Source of the DNA: a virus
Length of the DNA stretch: 64,000 bases
Virus record (IMG/VR): IMGVR_UViG_3300011113_000747
Span: 120,543 to 184,542 of that record
Reading direction: 5' to 3' (one strand)
Part shown: in pieces, positions 1 to 8,876 of the stretch
Layout of the letters: each line of letters begins with the position of its first letter
Position numbering within the stretch: position 1 is the first letter of the stretch
Made by a program: the position numbers and the translations under genes
Notes under the pieces: model-generated
The model's database searches: none
Seen by the model: only the letters and a program-made list of their open reading frames with translations
What the model was told of the DNA's origin: nothing

Positions 1-20
1 ACGATAAAGGTAATAATCAA

Positions 21-458
21 GTGTGCGTTGCACCTTCACCTACTAGTTCATTTATCACTCAAGAAGGTTATATACCAGGTAGTGTTAGAATCGATACCGA
101 TGGTATATCAAAACCACCATTTTATGATCCTGATTATCAGCCAAATACCTCCTATCTTAATGGGGTATTGGACGCTAACATAGATAACTATGTGGTTGTA
201 CCTATAGGTAGTGATATACCACTCGGAACAAGAGTAAAACTTACAAATACTATAACAAATAAAACTATTAATGCATTTGTGGGTGATAGAGGACCATCAC
301 AGAATGGATTAGGTGAAATGTCTCTTAATGCAGCTCGTGAATTGGGTGTGTGGCCGGTACCTGGAGCTAAAAATTTAAATTCTGCACTGCAAAATCAACC
401 TATTAAATGGGAGTTTGATCTTACATCTCCTAAAGTAATTAAAAAAGATATAAGATAA
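21..458 (+). CDS. GH75 (chitosanase-like) domain, probably the C-terminal part of a longer tail/baseplate protein that starts before the window
   Basis: Motifs IDTDG..DPDYQPNT..LDAN..YVVVP..LG..VGDRGP..GEMS..AARELG match the GH75 pattern; the frame stays open to the window edge. Confidence 0.55.
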   Translation: MCVAPSPTSSFITQEGYIPGSVRIDTDGISKPPFYDPDYQPNTSYLNGVLDANIDNYVVVPIGSDIPLGTRVKLTNTITNKTINAFVGDRGPSQNGLGEMSLNAARELGVWPVPGAKNLNSALQNQPIKWEFDLTSPKVIKKDIR

Positions 459-460
459 GA

Positions 461-925
461 TTAACCAATATCGGTAGGTGTTACATCTCTGATATTTTCA
501 CTATCTGCAATAAGCTGTTTCATTAAATCTTCTCTAGAAAGAAGTAGTCTAGTCTGATTATCTTGGATATTCATCTCTTTACGAGCTTTAATATCCATTT
601 CTTTAAGTTCAACAGAAGTCTTAATCTTCTCTTTAGATTGTAATAGCTTATTCAATGACTCTAGAGCTGCTGATGACGCTTTAACTACTTCAGCAAATGC
701 TAATATTTCTCTATCACTAGCACCAGCTTGAATATAATCTTTAAGATTTTCAACTGCCTCCATTGATTGTGTTACCAACGTAGCAGAGTTATCAAGTACA
801 AATTTTTCCAAGTTTTCAGCTGCTAACTCGGTTTTTGTAGATTGGGGTGGTTTGGTTGTTAGAGATGATTGTAATTGATCTAGTATTGAATCGCCTATTT
901 TCTCTAATTCGTCATCATTTTCCAT
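461..925 (-). CDS. Terminase small subunit-like (T4 gp16-like)
   Basis: Helical 154 aa; R-E-x-x-A/EVVK helix and C-terminal NQTRLLLSREDLMKQL resemble gp16 (NNxLFVGSTxELxKxL); late promoter TAAATA 6 nt upstream. Confidence 0.45.
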   Translation of the reverse strand: MENDDELEKIGDSILDQLQSSLTTKPPQSTKTELAAENLEKFVLDNSATLVTQSMEAVENLKDYIQAGASDREILAFAEVVKASSAALESLNKLLQSKEKIKTSVELKEMDIKARKEMNIQDNQTRLLLSREDLMKQLIADSENIRDVTPTDIG

Positions 926-976
926 TTAAATTATTTAGTTGGTTGATTTCAAAAACAACTATGGTATAATTAGTTT

Positions 977-1429
977 ATGAACGAAGAAAGTTATCAACCA
1001 CCGAATTATAAGTTAGTTTTTGAAAAGACACACCCTGATGCAAAGCTTCCAGTGAAGAATCATGATAATGATACAGGCTTTGATGTATTTTGTGTAGAAG
1101 ATAAATTAATCCCAGCTAGAGGTTCTGCAGTTGTTGATGTTGGTCTTAAATTTGCAAACATCCCTCATGGATATTGGGTAAAGGTTGAAGGTCGATCTGG
1201 TCTTGGATTTAAGCATGGTATTATTCCGCATCCTGGTATTATCGATAACGGTTACAGAGGTAATGCTGGTATTAAACTTTACAATCAAACTGATATTGAT
1301 TACAATGTAAAGGCTGGTGATCGTATTGCTCAGTTTGTTCTTTACCCGCTTGTCTCTTGTCATGTAGAGTTTGGTGAGGTGCAAGAAACATCTCGTGGTG
1401 AAAAAGGTTTTGGATCTTCAGGAAATTAA
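977..1429 (+). CDS. dut: Trimeric dUTPase
   Basis: Motifs TGFD, GRSGLG, GIIDNGYRG, RIAQ, RGEKGFGSSG. Confidence 0.97.
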   Translation: MNEESYQPPNYKLVFEKTHPDAKLPVKNHDNDTGFDVFCVEDKLIPARGSAVVDVGLKFANIPHGYWVKVEGRSGLGFKHGIIPHPGIIDNGYRGNAGIKLYNQTDIDYNVKAGDRIAQFVLYPLVSCHVEFGEVQETSRGEKGFGSSGN

Positions 1430-1438
1430 TTATACTAT

Positions 1439-1540
1439 ATGGGAAAGATACAAAAAGTTAAAGAGGTAATTCGTAAAGGATATAAAATTCGCAAAACAGT
1501 TACCATCACCAAAAAACGCGTCACTAAAAAGAAAAAATGA
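1439..1540 (+). CDS. 33-aa highly basic peptide (not in ORF track)
   Basis: MGKIQKVKEVIRKGYKIRKTVTITKKRVTKKKK; its TGA overlaps the ATG of the clamp loader (ATGA). Confidence 0.45.
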   Translation: MGKIQKVKEVIRKGYKIRKTVTITKKRVTKKKK

Positions 1541-2466
1541 ATTTAGATAAAATCTGGGTAGAAAAGTATAGACCGAAAACTATTGATGAACTCATTGTTG
1601 AAGAAGATATTAAGTCCATTGTTAGAGACTTTGGTAAAAATGAGCAGATCCCTAATCTGCTTTTTGTTGGTTCACCAGGCACAGGTAAGACTTCTCTTGC
1701 AAAGATTCTAGTTCATGATGTATTGAAATGCAATTATCTTTACATTAATGCATCTGATGAGAATGGTATTGATACTATTCGAAGCAAGGTGAGTAACTTT
1801 GCTCAAACTAGATCGTTTGATGGTAAAGTTAAGGTTGTTATTCTAGATGAGGCTGATGGTATTACTGCTCAAGGTCAGCAAGCTCTTCGTAACTTGATGG
1901 AGAGTTATAGTGGATATACACGTTTTATTCTTACTGCTAACTTCAAGCATAAGATTATTACACCATTGCAATCTCGCTGTCAGAGTCTTAGTCTTAAACC
2001 TTCTGTTGAACAAGCAGTCAAACGTTGTTTCTCTATTCTTAAACAAGAGAATATTGAACTAGAAGATGATCAGAAGAAGAGGTTTGTCGAGTTAGTTAAA
2101 AACTTCTTTCCGGATCTTCGCAAGACAATCAACGAACTTCAGAAGAGTGTTGTAGATGGTAAGCTTGTTATCAAGCATACACATATTGATAACGAAATTA
2201 TCAAGACTATTTGCAATTATGTTAATAGTAAACAAACTTTAGAAGCTCGTAAATACTATATTGCTAACGAAGATAAGTTTCAGAACGATTACCAAACGTT
2301 AATGAAGCAACTTCTTGAATATGTTTATACAGCAGATCTTGCTGAATACAAAAAGAAAGAGATGATTGCTATTATTGCAGAACATCTCTATCGTAGTGTG
2401 TTTGTTGTTGATGGTGAAATTAACTTCTTTGCATGTTTGATTACATGTGAGAAAGTTATACCATAA
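1537..2466 (+). CDS. gp44: Sliding-clamp loader AAA+ subunit (T4 gp44/RFC small subunit)
   Basis: WVEKYRP, Walker A GSPGTGKT, Walker B DEAD, LQSRC. Confidence 0.95.
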   Translation: MNLDKIWVEKYRPKTIDELIVEEDIKSIVRDFGKNEQIPNLLFVGSPGTGKTSLAKILVHDVLKCNYLYINASDENGIDTIRSKVSNFAQTRSFDGKVKVVILDEADGITAQGQQALRNLMESYSGYTRFILTANFKHKIITPLQSRCQSLSLKPSVEQAVKRCFSILKQENIELEDDQKKRFVELVKNFFPDLRKTINELQKSVVDGKLVIKHTHIDNEIIKTICNYVNSKQTLEARKYYIANEDKFQNDYQTLMKQLLEYVYTADLAEYKKKEMIAIIAEHLYRSVFVVDGEINFFACLITCEKVIP

Positions 2467-3159
2467 TTACATATCGTCTAAAGCTTTTTGTAAAAACTTT
2501 ATACCGTCAGCTCTTTGCGCTGGATTTGCCAATAACGCCATTATCTGAGTAAGAGATTTTTGATTACCATCTGTATCTTCTAATTTATAGGTAGAAGCGC
2601 TACCTGGTGGTTGTGTCCAATCACCAATTAAAGCTTTAAGTTTATTTTTCTGTGGTGCAGTAAGTGTGCCAACTGTTTTATATGTATTGATAATATTCTG
2701 CAATGCAACTTTATCACCTGAAGCACCACCACCGCTCATATCTCTCATAGCAAATGCAACTGTAATTGCTTCATTAATGTTTTTATCAGTTATAACAGGG
2801 GCAGCAAGATATGAACTAAGTGCTGGGTCATTTACATCAGCGCGTATTACATTTTTGATAAAATTAGTTACAAATTGTTTATCCGCACCAGTTTTATCAT
2901 TATATTTTACCCGTTTACTTTGTAAAAATAAAGTTTCAAATTGAGCTTTAGCTTTATTAATTTGTTGTTGAGATTCTTGATTTGACTCTATTCGTTCTTT
3001 TGCACCAGCAAAAGCATAACCAAGAATTGGAATATTAGATGCTTTATTAATTAAATTGCTTTTAAATCCCTGAAGCATTCTATCCCCCATACCTTGAGGT
3101 GCCTTTTCAAGCATCTTCACATAGGCTTCAGCGATTAAGTGTTGATCATATCTATTCAT
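2467..3159 (-). CDS. Hypothetical late protein, possible internal head protein
   Basis: 230-aa ORF in an operon behind a late promoter; N-terminus MNRYDQHLIAE. Confidence 0.6.
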   Translation of the reverse strand: MNRYDQHLIAEAYVKMLEKAPQGMGDRMLQGFKSNLINKASNIPILGYAFAGAKERIESNQESQQQINKAKAQFETLFLQSKRVKYNDKTGADKQFVTNFIKNVIRADVNDPALSSYLAAPVITDKNINEAITVAFAMRDMSGGGASGDKVALQNIINTYKTVGTLTAPQKNKLKALIGDWTQPPGSASTYKLEDTDGNQKSLTQIMALLANPAQRADGIKFLQKALDDM

Positions 3160-3743
3160 TTTTTTAACCCCTTTAAATATTCTTTAGTATAAGAATTTAC
3201 CTGCATTGATTTTGTAGCAGGCTTACTTGAAAGAGTAACATTAGTATTACGAAGTTTTCTATCACCAAAACCAAGCTTACCATTACCCTTTACATCAGAG
3301 TTATTAACGTAAGCTTCTTCATCTGATTCGAGCTCTTCTGGCTTGATATTAACCTTATGCTTAATTTCACGTTCAGGTGAAAGTGGGTTGAGATTTGGAT
3401 ATACATCATCTCTAACTAAAAGTGACGGGCAAATGGAAAGATAATCACTATAACGACCTCCAGCTTGGTCTAAGGCAATATCAACAACGAAATCAAATCC
3501 AGAGCTTTGTGGATTCGCTGGGTTAGCATTAGGTTTATAGGATTTAACATTAACAATACGCATGTTAAGACCTGAGCTAATCATGTTATCAATAATTGTT
3601 TTAATATCATCATTAAGCTCTTTATATGCTTCTTTAGACTTAAAGCCGTCGCTAAACTTCACGTAATCTCCAACGAGAAAACCACCATTACGCTGATATC
3701 TTTGATATACAGATTCAAAAAGCTTGATAAATTTCTTTTCCAT
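3156..3743 (-). CDS. Hypothetical late protein
   Basis: 195-aa ORF; TAAATA 8 nt upstream; N-terminus MEKKFIKLFE. Confidence 0.65.
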   Translation of the reverse strand: MEKKFIKLFESVYQRYQRNGGFLVGDYVKFSDGFKSKEAYKELNDDIKTIIDNMISSGLNMRIVNVKSYKPNANPANPQSSGFDFVVDIALDQAGGRYSDYLSICPSLLVRDDVYPNLNPLSPEREIKHKVNIKPEELESDEEAYVNNSDVKGNGKLGFGDRKLRNTNVTLSSKPATKSMQVNSYTKEYLKGLKK

Positions 3744-3778
3744 TATGATTATATTTATGGCTTTTCATAAATAATCAT

Positions 3779-5251
3779 ATGACATTTGCAGAATTAGCTC
3801 AGAAAATTATCGGTGAAGCAACTACTCCTGATCCAAGAGGTTTAAGAACATCACGCGTCGGCGCTAGTGATTTCAATCCAATTATTAGACCAGATAAAGA
3901 TAGAGGTCTTAAAGCAGGTAAGGATGCTCCAGGAGCAGGTGGTGTCGCTGCTAAAAAGCAACTTAGAAATGCTTTTAGGTTACTCCGAAATGATTCAGAT
4001 CTTTCTTCAGAAGTTAATGACATTCTTGCTGATTATGCAAGCAAAAGAATGAGTATTAGCCATGAAGATGAAGTGGTTATCAGAAACAATATTGCTAATA
4101 TTGACGATAACTCTGCAAAACTTAACAATTATGCTAAAGCTTTGCAGGATCACAATGAAGGTAAAGCTGTTCTCTCTGATCCAGATAATGTAAAATCAAA
4201 GATTCAAGGTCTTAAAGGTGAAATTGCTGATAAAAAAGCTGAACTCAAAGCAGTTCTTGATAAGGTTGAGTTTTATGCAGAAGATAATGAAGTATTAGAA
4301 CAAAATCTTCGTAAAAAACTTACAAGGGTTGTTAAGCAAGCAGCTCAAAAATTAATTGACAAACTTTCAACACCACAACAACAAGTTTCACAAGTCACAT
4401 CACTTGATCAACTTGATAAGTTAGTTGCAACTGATGAAGAATTACAGCAACAAGAAACAAAATTAGCTGTATTGAAGAGCTTAACAGATGAAAGTCCACA
4501 AAATAACATCTTGTTACGTTTCTTAGATTTATTTCTTAACAAATATGAAGATTACAAGAGTGGTTTATCAATGTCTGGTCCGCTTGCTACCATTGAACTT
4601 AACAAAGAGTTTAACAGATTACCACTTTCAGTGTTTGCTAACTTCTATAATTCATCTGTGAAGGATGCATCTGAAATTAAGTTACTTCCTGCATCTAAAG
4701 GAACACAAGCACTTTCAGGTGGCTTCAGAGGCTCACAAGCTGGTAAGAAAGCTGTTAGCCCTGTTGTTATGCAAGCTAAGAAATTACTTGATGGTAATTT
4801 TGGCTCTGGTCAACAAGGTGCTATGCTAAGTGCACTTAGCATGTTCAATAAGGGTGGTGCTGGTCCAAAAACAATGGAAAAGCTTCGTGCTATTGCTAAT
4901 GATATTATCAATGGTGTTGAAGGTTCACCTGCTAGACTTGCAAGTATTGTATATGGTAACGAAGGTCCAATCACTGAATCATTCAATGATCTTGTAGAAC
5001 ATTATCTTACAGAAGCTAAGAAAGGCGCTCGTTGCACTAAGGTTACAGGGCAGCAAGCTTCTTCACGCTCAGATAAGAAATATATGAGATGCGCGAGAGT
5101 TGATGGTAAGCTTAAGAGAATTCACTATGGTGATCCAAACTTAAGAATCAAGAAGTCCAATCCTAAGAAGCGTAAGTCTTTTAGAGCACGTCATAAGTGC
5201 TCATCTGCTAAACCAGGTACCGCTAAGTATTACTCTTGCAAGAATTGGTAA
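3779..5251 (+). CDS. Late coiled-coil protein with a C-terminal basic Cys/His module (RIHYGDPNLRIKKSNPKKRKSFRARHKC)
   Basis: 490 aa; TAAATA-N5-ATG; C-terminal motif recalled from T4-like cyanophage hypothetical proteins. Confidence 0.7.
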   Translation: MTFAELAQKIIGEATTPDPRGLRTSRVGASDFNPIIRPDKDRGLKAGKDAPGAGGVAAKKQLRNAFRLLRNDSDLSSEVNDILADYASKRMSISHEDEVVIRNNIANIDDNSAKLNNYAKALQDHNEGKAVLSDPDNVKSKIQGLKGEIADKKAELKAVLDKVEFYAEDNEVLEQNLRKKLTRVVKQAAQKLIDKLSTPQQQVSQVTSLDQLDKLVATDEELQQQETKLAVLKSLTDESPQNNILLRFLDLFLNKYEDYKSGLSMSGPLATIELNKEFNRLPLSVFANFYNSSVKDASEIKLLPASKGTQALSGGFRGSQAGKKAVSPVVMQAKKLLDGNFGSGQQGAMLSALSMFNKGGAGPKTMEKLRAIANDIINGVEGSPARLASIVYGNEGPITESFNDLVEHYLTEAKKGARCTKVTGQQASSRSDKKYMRCARVDGKLKRIHYGDPNLRIKKSNPKKRKSFRARHKCSSAKPGTAKYYSCKNW

Positions 5252-5278
5252 TAACACAACATTTAACTAAATAATAAT

Positions 5279-5917
5279 ATGCCAGCAAAATCAGAAAAAC
5301 AACGCAAATTCTTCGGCGCAGTAATGGGTGCTAAAAAGGGTAAAGGTAGTAAGGTAAAAGGTGCTGCTAAAAAGGTAGCTAAAGAAATGCCTGAAAAAGA
5401 GATTAAAAAGTTTCTTAAGAAAGAATCTTATGATGACCTCGTAAATGAATATCTTAAAACCTACCTTCTTGAGATGGACGTAAGACAAGATCCAAGAGAA
5501 GGTTTTGATGGTGATCCATTTGTTGACCCAACTGAAGATATGGGTGAAGGTAAAATGTCGGTTGAAGAAATGCGTGAAGTTGTAGCAAGAGAAGCTGGTG
5601 AAGAAGAAGCTGCTGCAATGTCAGATAACGAAATTCAACGATATTATTATGCTGTTGTTGGTGTACCAGAAGGTAATATTACACCACAAGAAATGTATGA
5701 TGTGGTAGCAGCAGAAGTTGGTGAACAAAAAGCATCAATGATGTCTGGTGAAGAAATTAAACAATATTACTATGATGTTGTTGGTTCTTACCCACCAGAT
5801 GAAGATTACGAAGAAGAGTGTGAAAGCGCTAAGCAGGGTTGTGATTGTGGTGGATGCCCTGCATGCAGCAAAAACGATGAAAATAAGATGCTTAAATTTT
5901 ACGGTTTCTCAAAATGA
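5279..5917 (+). CDS. Late protein: basic N-terminus (MPAKSEKQRKFFGAV), acidic internal repeat, CxCxxCxxC tail
   Basis: TAAATA-N5-ATG; duplicated segment EMxxVVAxExGExxAxxMSxxEIxxYYYxVVG. Confidence 0.7.
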   Translation: MPAKSEKQRKFFGAVMGAKKGKGSKVKGAAKKVAKEMPEKEIKKFLKKESYDDLVNEYLKTYLLEMDVRQDPREGFDGDPFVDPTEDMGEGKMSVEEMREVVAREAGEEEAAAMSDNEIQRYYYAVVGVPEGNITPQEMYDVVAAEVGEQKASMMSGEEIKQYYYDVVGSYPPDEDYEEECESAKQGCDCGGCPACSKNDENKMLKFYGFSK

Positions 5918-6291
5918 AAGATTATAACAATACATTCACTAAGTTAATGGAGCAATATGCTGGTGAGTCTCCATATACAAGAGAAGAGCTTGAAGGTCTT
6001 ATCGCCGATTTAAGTGCAATGGTGAACAACCCTGCAGTTAAACTAACAAAAGATCAAGTTGTTGCTAAACTTAAAGGTTATATTAATATGCTTAATGATA
6101 CACCTGAAAATAAGCTTGATATGGAATATCTAGCTAGAGGTACAGGTGAACCAGTAATGGAAGCAAAGCAAAAAAAAACTAAGAAAGACGCTTGCTACCA
6201 TAAAGCAAAAGCTAAGTATGATGTTTTTCCAAGTGCTTATGCTAGTGGGTATATCTCCAAATGCCGTAAGCGTAAAGGTAAAATAAAATGA
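5914..6291 (+). CDS. Late protein with a C-terminal KDACYHK...PSAYASG...KCRK module
   Basis: ATGA-coupled to the previous gene; motif recalled from T4-like phage hypothetical proteins. Confidence 0.7.
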   Translation: MKDYNNTFTKLMEQYAGESPYTREELEGLIADLSAMVNNPAVKLTKDQVVAKLKGYINMLNDTPENKLDMEYLARGTGEPVMEAKQKKTKKDACYHKAKAKYDVFPSAYASGYISKCRKRKGKIK

Positions 6292-6542
6292 TTACGTTTG
6301 CTGAATTTTTTACTGAGAATCTTCGCGATTGGTTCAAATCACATCGCGATCCTAAAACTGGTAAAAAATTCAAAGGGTGGATTAATTGTAAAACAGGAGG
6401 CCCTTGTGGTAGAAATAATACTAATAAAGGGTCTTACCCTGCATGTAGACCTACTAGACAGCAGTGTAAAAAAATAAAAGGTAAGATGTATAAGAAAAAA
6501 GGACCAAAACGTGTCCAATGGAAGAGTAAGAAGAAAGACTAG
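6288..6542 (+). CDS. Small basic Cys-rich late protein (LRDWF...GPCGR...YPACRP)
   Basis: 84 aa; N-terminus MITFAEFFTE resembles the T4 capsid-targeting sequence. Confidence 0.7.
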   Translation: MITFAEFFTENLRDWFKSHRDPKTGKKFKGWINCKTGGPCGRNNTNKGSYPACRPTRQQCKKIKGKMYKKKGPKRVQWKSKKKD

Positions 6543-6558
6543 TCATTAAATAATATAA

Positions 6559-7053
6559 ATGGCAGTCAAATTAGACTTTTTACAACCTAGTGATTTTTCG
6601 AGGAATCTCGCAGATAATACTTACCTGTTTAAAGATCTTGCTCTTGACCTTGAACTGGAATATGCTAATACAGTTGAGCTTTTATCTCAACCTACGTTTA
6701 ACGATGCAAAAGCAATATATGATACTGAATCAGTATTACAATCGTTACGTAATATTTTTAACACCCTACCAGGACAAAAAATTCTAAATCCAACTTTTGG
6801 TTTAGACTTAAGAAGTTTTTTATTTAACCAGGCAAACAATAGAACAGGGTATGTTTTAGCTTTAACTATAAGTAAGCAGTTACCTATATTGGAACCTAGA
6901 ATTTCAATCACTAGTGTGGATGTTGATGTGTTTCCTGATGATCTTACATATGAAGTAAACATTTTTTTCAGGATCCCAAGCTTAGAAACCACACCATCTA
7001 AGCCACTAAATATTAAGGTTCAATTTAACAAAAACGGATTTACAATTGTATGA
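6559..7053 (+). CDS. gp25: Baseplate wedge subunit (T4 gp25-like)
   Basis: SLRNIFNTLPGQKILNPTFGLDL..LEPRI pattern; directly upstream of gp6; late promoter. Confidence 0.88.
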   Translation: MAVKLDFLQPSDFSRNLADNTYLFKDLALDLELEYANTVELLSQPTFNDAKAIYDTESVLQSLRNIFNTLPGQKILNPTFGLDLRSFLFNQANNRTGYVLALTISKQLPILEPRISITSVDVDVFPDDLTYEVNIFFRIPSLETTPSKPLNIKVQFNKNGFTIV

Positions 7054-8876
7054 GTACCAATTTTACAGATTATTCTTTACCAAAAACAGCTTATGCTGCA
7101 TTTGATGCAACAAGCTTGAGACAGCTTATTATCGATAGGCTTAATGAAAATAGCATTTTTAAAGATCAAAATTTTGAAGGAAGTAATATTAGCGCTGTCA
7201 TTGATTTGGTAGCATATATGTATCATGTCCTATTGTTTTATCTCAACCAGACATCTGCAGAAACTCTTTTTTCTCAAACTACATTGTTTGAAAATATGAA
7301 CAAAATTGTAAGTTTGCTAAACTACAAACCTATAGGTGATCAAACAAGTATAGTAAGTTTCAATACAACCTGTAAACCAGAAATACCAACTGGTCAATAT
7401 ACAATTCCAAAATTTAGTTATCTTAATACTGGTGGTAAAAGTTTTGCATTACTTGATGATCTTATTTTTGAAAAAACAAATTCAGATACCGAGATTGTAA
7501 CAACAAGTACAAGTGTTCTATATCAAGGTAAAATTACAGAAAATCCTCCATATATTGCAACTGGTGAGGATTTTGAAACAGTATTCATTACATTTGTAAA
7601 TCGTGTATCTGAAACAACAGAAACACAAAATGAAAAATTCATTTCAGATAATTCATTTAGAGTATTTGTTAGGGAAGTTGACACTGGAATATGGCATGAA
7701 TATGAAGAAACATCATCTTTATATCTCATTAACAATGTTGGTCGCTTTTATGAAAAGAGATTAAATGATCAAAATCAGTATGAATTTAAATTTGGTAATG
7801 ATGTCAATGGTCGTAAGCTAGTAGAAGGTGATGTAGTTGGTATTTACTATATTATATCTGATGGACCTTCAGGTGAAATAACACCAAATTCTTTAACAGG
7901 TATTATCACCTATTTTCAATCTGTACAATTCAACTCAATTAAAGAGTACATTTACGCAAATGAAAATTTATTACCTCAAAACTTACTTAGTTTTGTTGAA
8001 TTTAATAATGAGTTTGAATCAATTAAAGTCAAAGAACGTGAATCTGTAGATGAAATCAGAAACAACGTACCGAAACTATTTTCATCACAAAATAGAGCAG
8101 TTACCTTAAACGACTACACACAATACGTGGATAAAAATTACTCTGATATTATTGCTTCAGCAAAATCTATTAACAATAATACATACGTCAATAATTATCT
8201 GAGATATTATTATAGTTTGGGTTTATCATCTCCGAATAGAGATCCAAGCGTATTGCTAAATCAGGTAAACTTCATGACATCCACAAACTTCAACAACATT
8301 TATATGTTTGTGGTTCCTAAGTTTGGTATTACAAGAAATGAGCAATTCCCAACATCTCTTAGTGCTGGCCAGAAATTATTAATTGTAAACGAGCTTAATA
8401 AAATTAAATCAGCCACTCATCAAATAGTACCGATGGATCCGATTTATAAAGCATTTGCATTTGGTGTATTGTTACAAAGTGAATTACCATTTTATCAGAT
8501 AAAGGATACATCATATCTTGTTTTAAAAAGATCAGTTCTTTCTAATCTCAACAAAGAAAAGATTAAGTCACTAGCAACAGCTGTTGTGCAAGATTTTTTT
8601 GATATTAGTAATAATTCGTTAGGGATGTCTATTGATTTGAGTGTTCTCACTAATTCTCTTTTATCTATTGAAGGTGTTACTGGTGTTTTAACCCGTAGGG
8701 TATCAAATGGTCAGACCCGCGAAGTGCCATATATTAGTATGGTTGTATGGAACCCAAATTACCCTACTGCTGATGTACAACTTATATCTCAAAGTTTAGT
8801 TTTACAGGATTTTGAATTCCCATTTTTACAACAACAATCCTTAATTTCTACACACATTATAGTAGAAGATGAATAA
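7050..8876 (+). CDS. gp6: Baseplate wedge subunit (T4 gp6-like)
   Basis: FKDQNFEGSNISAVIDLVAY, YEFKFGNDVNG, ESVDEIRNNVP, QNRAVTLNDY. Confidence 0.88.
   Translation: MSTNFTDYSLPKTAYAAFDATSLRQLIIDRLNENSIFKDQNFEGSNISAVIDLVAYMYHVLLFYLNQTSAETLFSQTTLFENMNKIVSLLNYKPIGDQTSIVSFNTTCKPEIPTGQYTIPKFSYLNTGGKSFALLDDLIFEKTNSDTEIVTTSTSVLYQGKITENPPYIATGEDFETVFITFVNRVSETTETQNEKFISDNSFRVFVREVDTGIWHEYEETSSLYLINNVGRFYEKRLNDQNQYEFKFGNDVNGRKLVEGDVVGIYYIISDGPSGEITPNSLTGIITYFQSVQFNSIKEYIYANENLLPQNLLSFVEFNNEFESIKVKERESVDEIRNNVPKLFSSQNRAVTLNDYTQYVDKNYSDIIASAKSINNNTYVNNYLRYYYSLGLSSPNRDPSVLLNQVNFMTSTNFNNIYMFVVPKFGITRNEQFPTSLSAGQKLLIVNELNKIKSATHQIVPMDPIYKAFAFGVLLQSELPFYQIKDTSYLVLKRSVLSNLNKEKIKSLATAVVQDFFDISNNSLGMSIDLSVLTNSLLSIEGVTGVLTRRVSNGQTREVPYISMVVWNPNYPTADVQLISQSLVLQDFEFPFLQQQSLISTHIIVEDE

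Noticed and set aside
2460-2472. Zero-gap convergent junction between gp44 and 2467-3159
   Set aside because: No hairpin or repeat is present; this is ordinary genome compaction.
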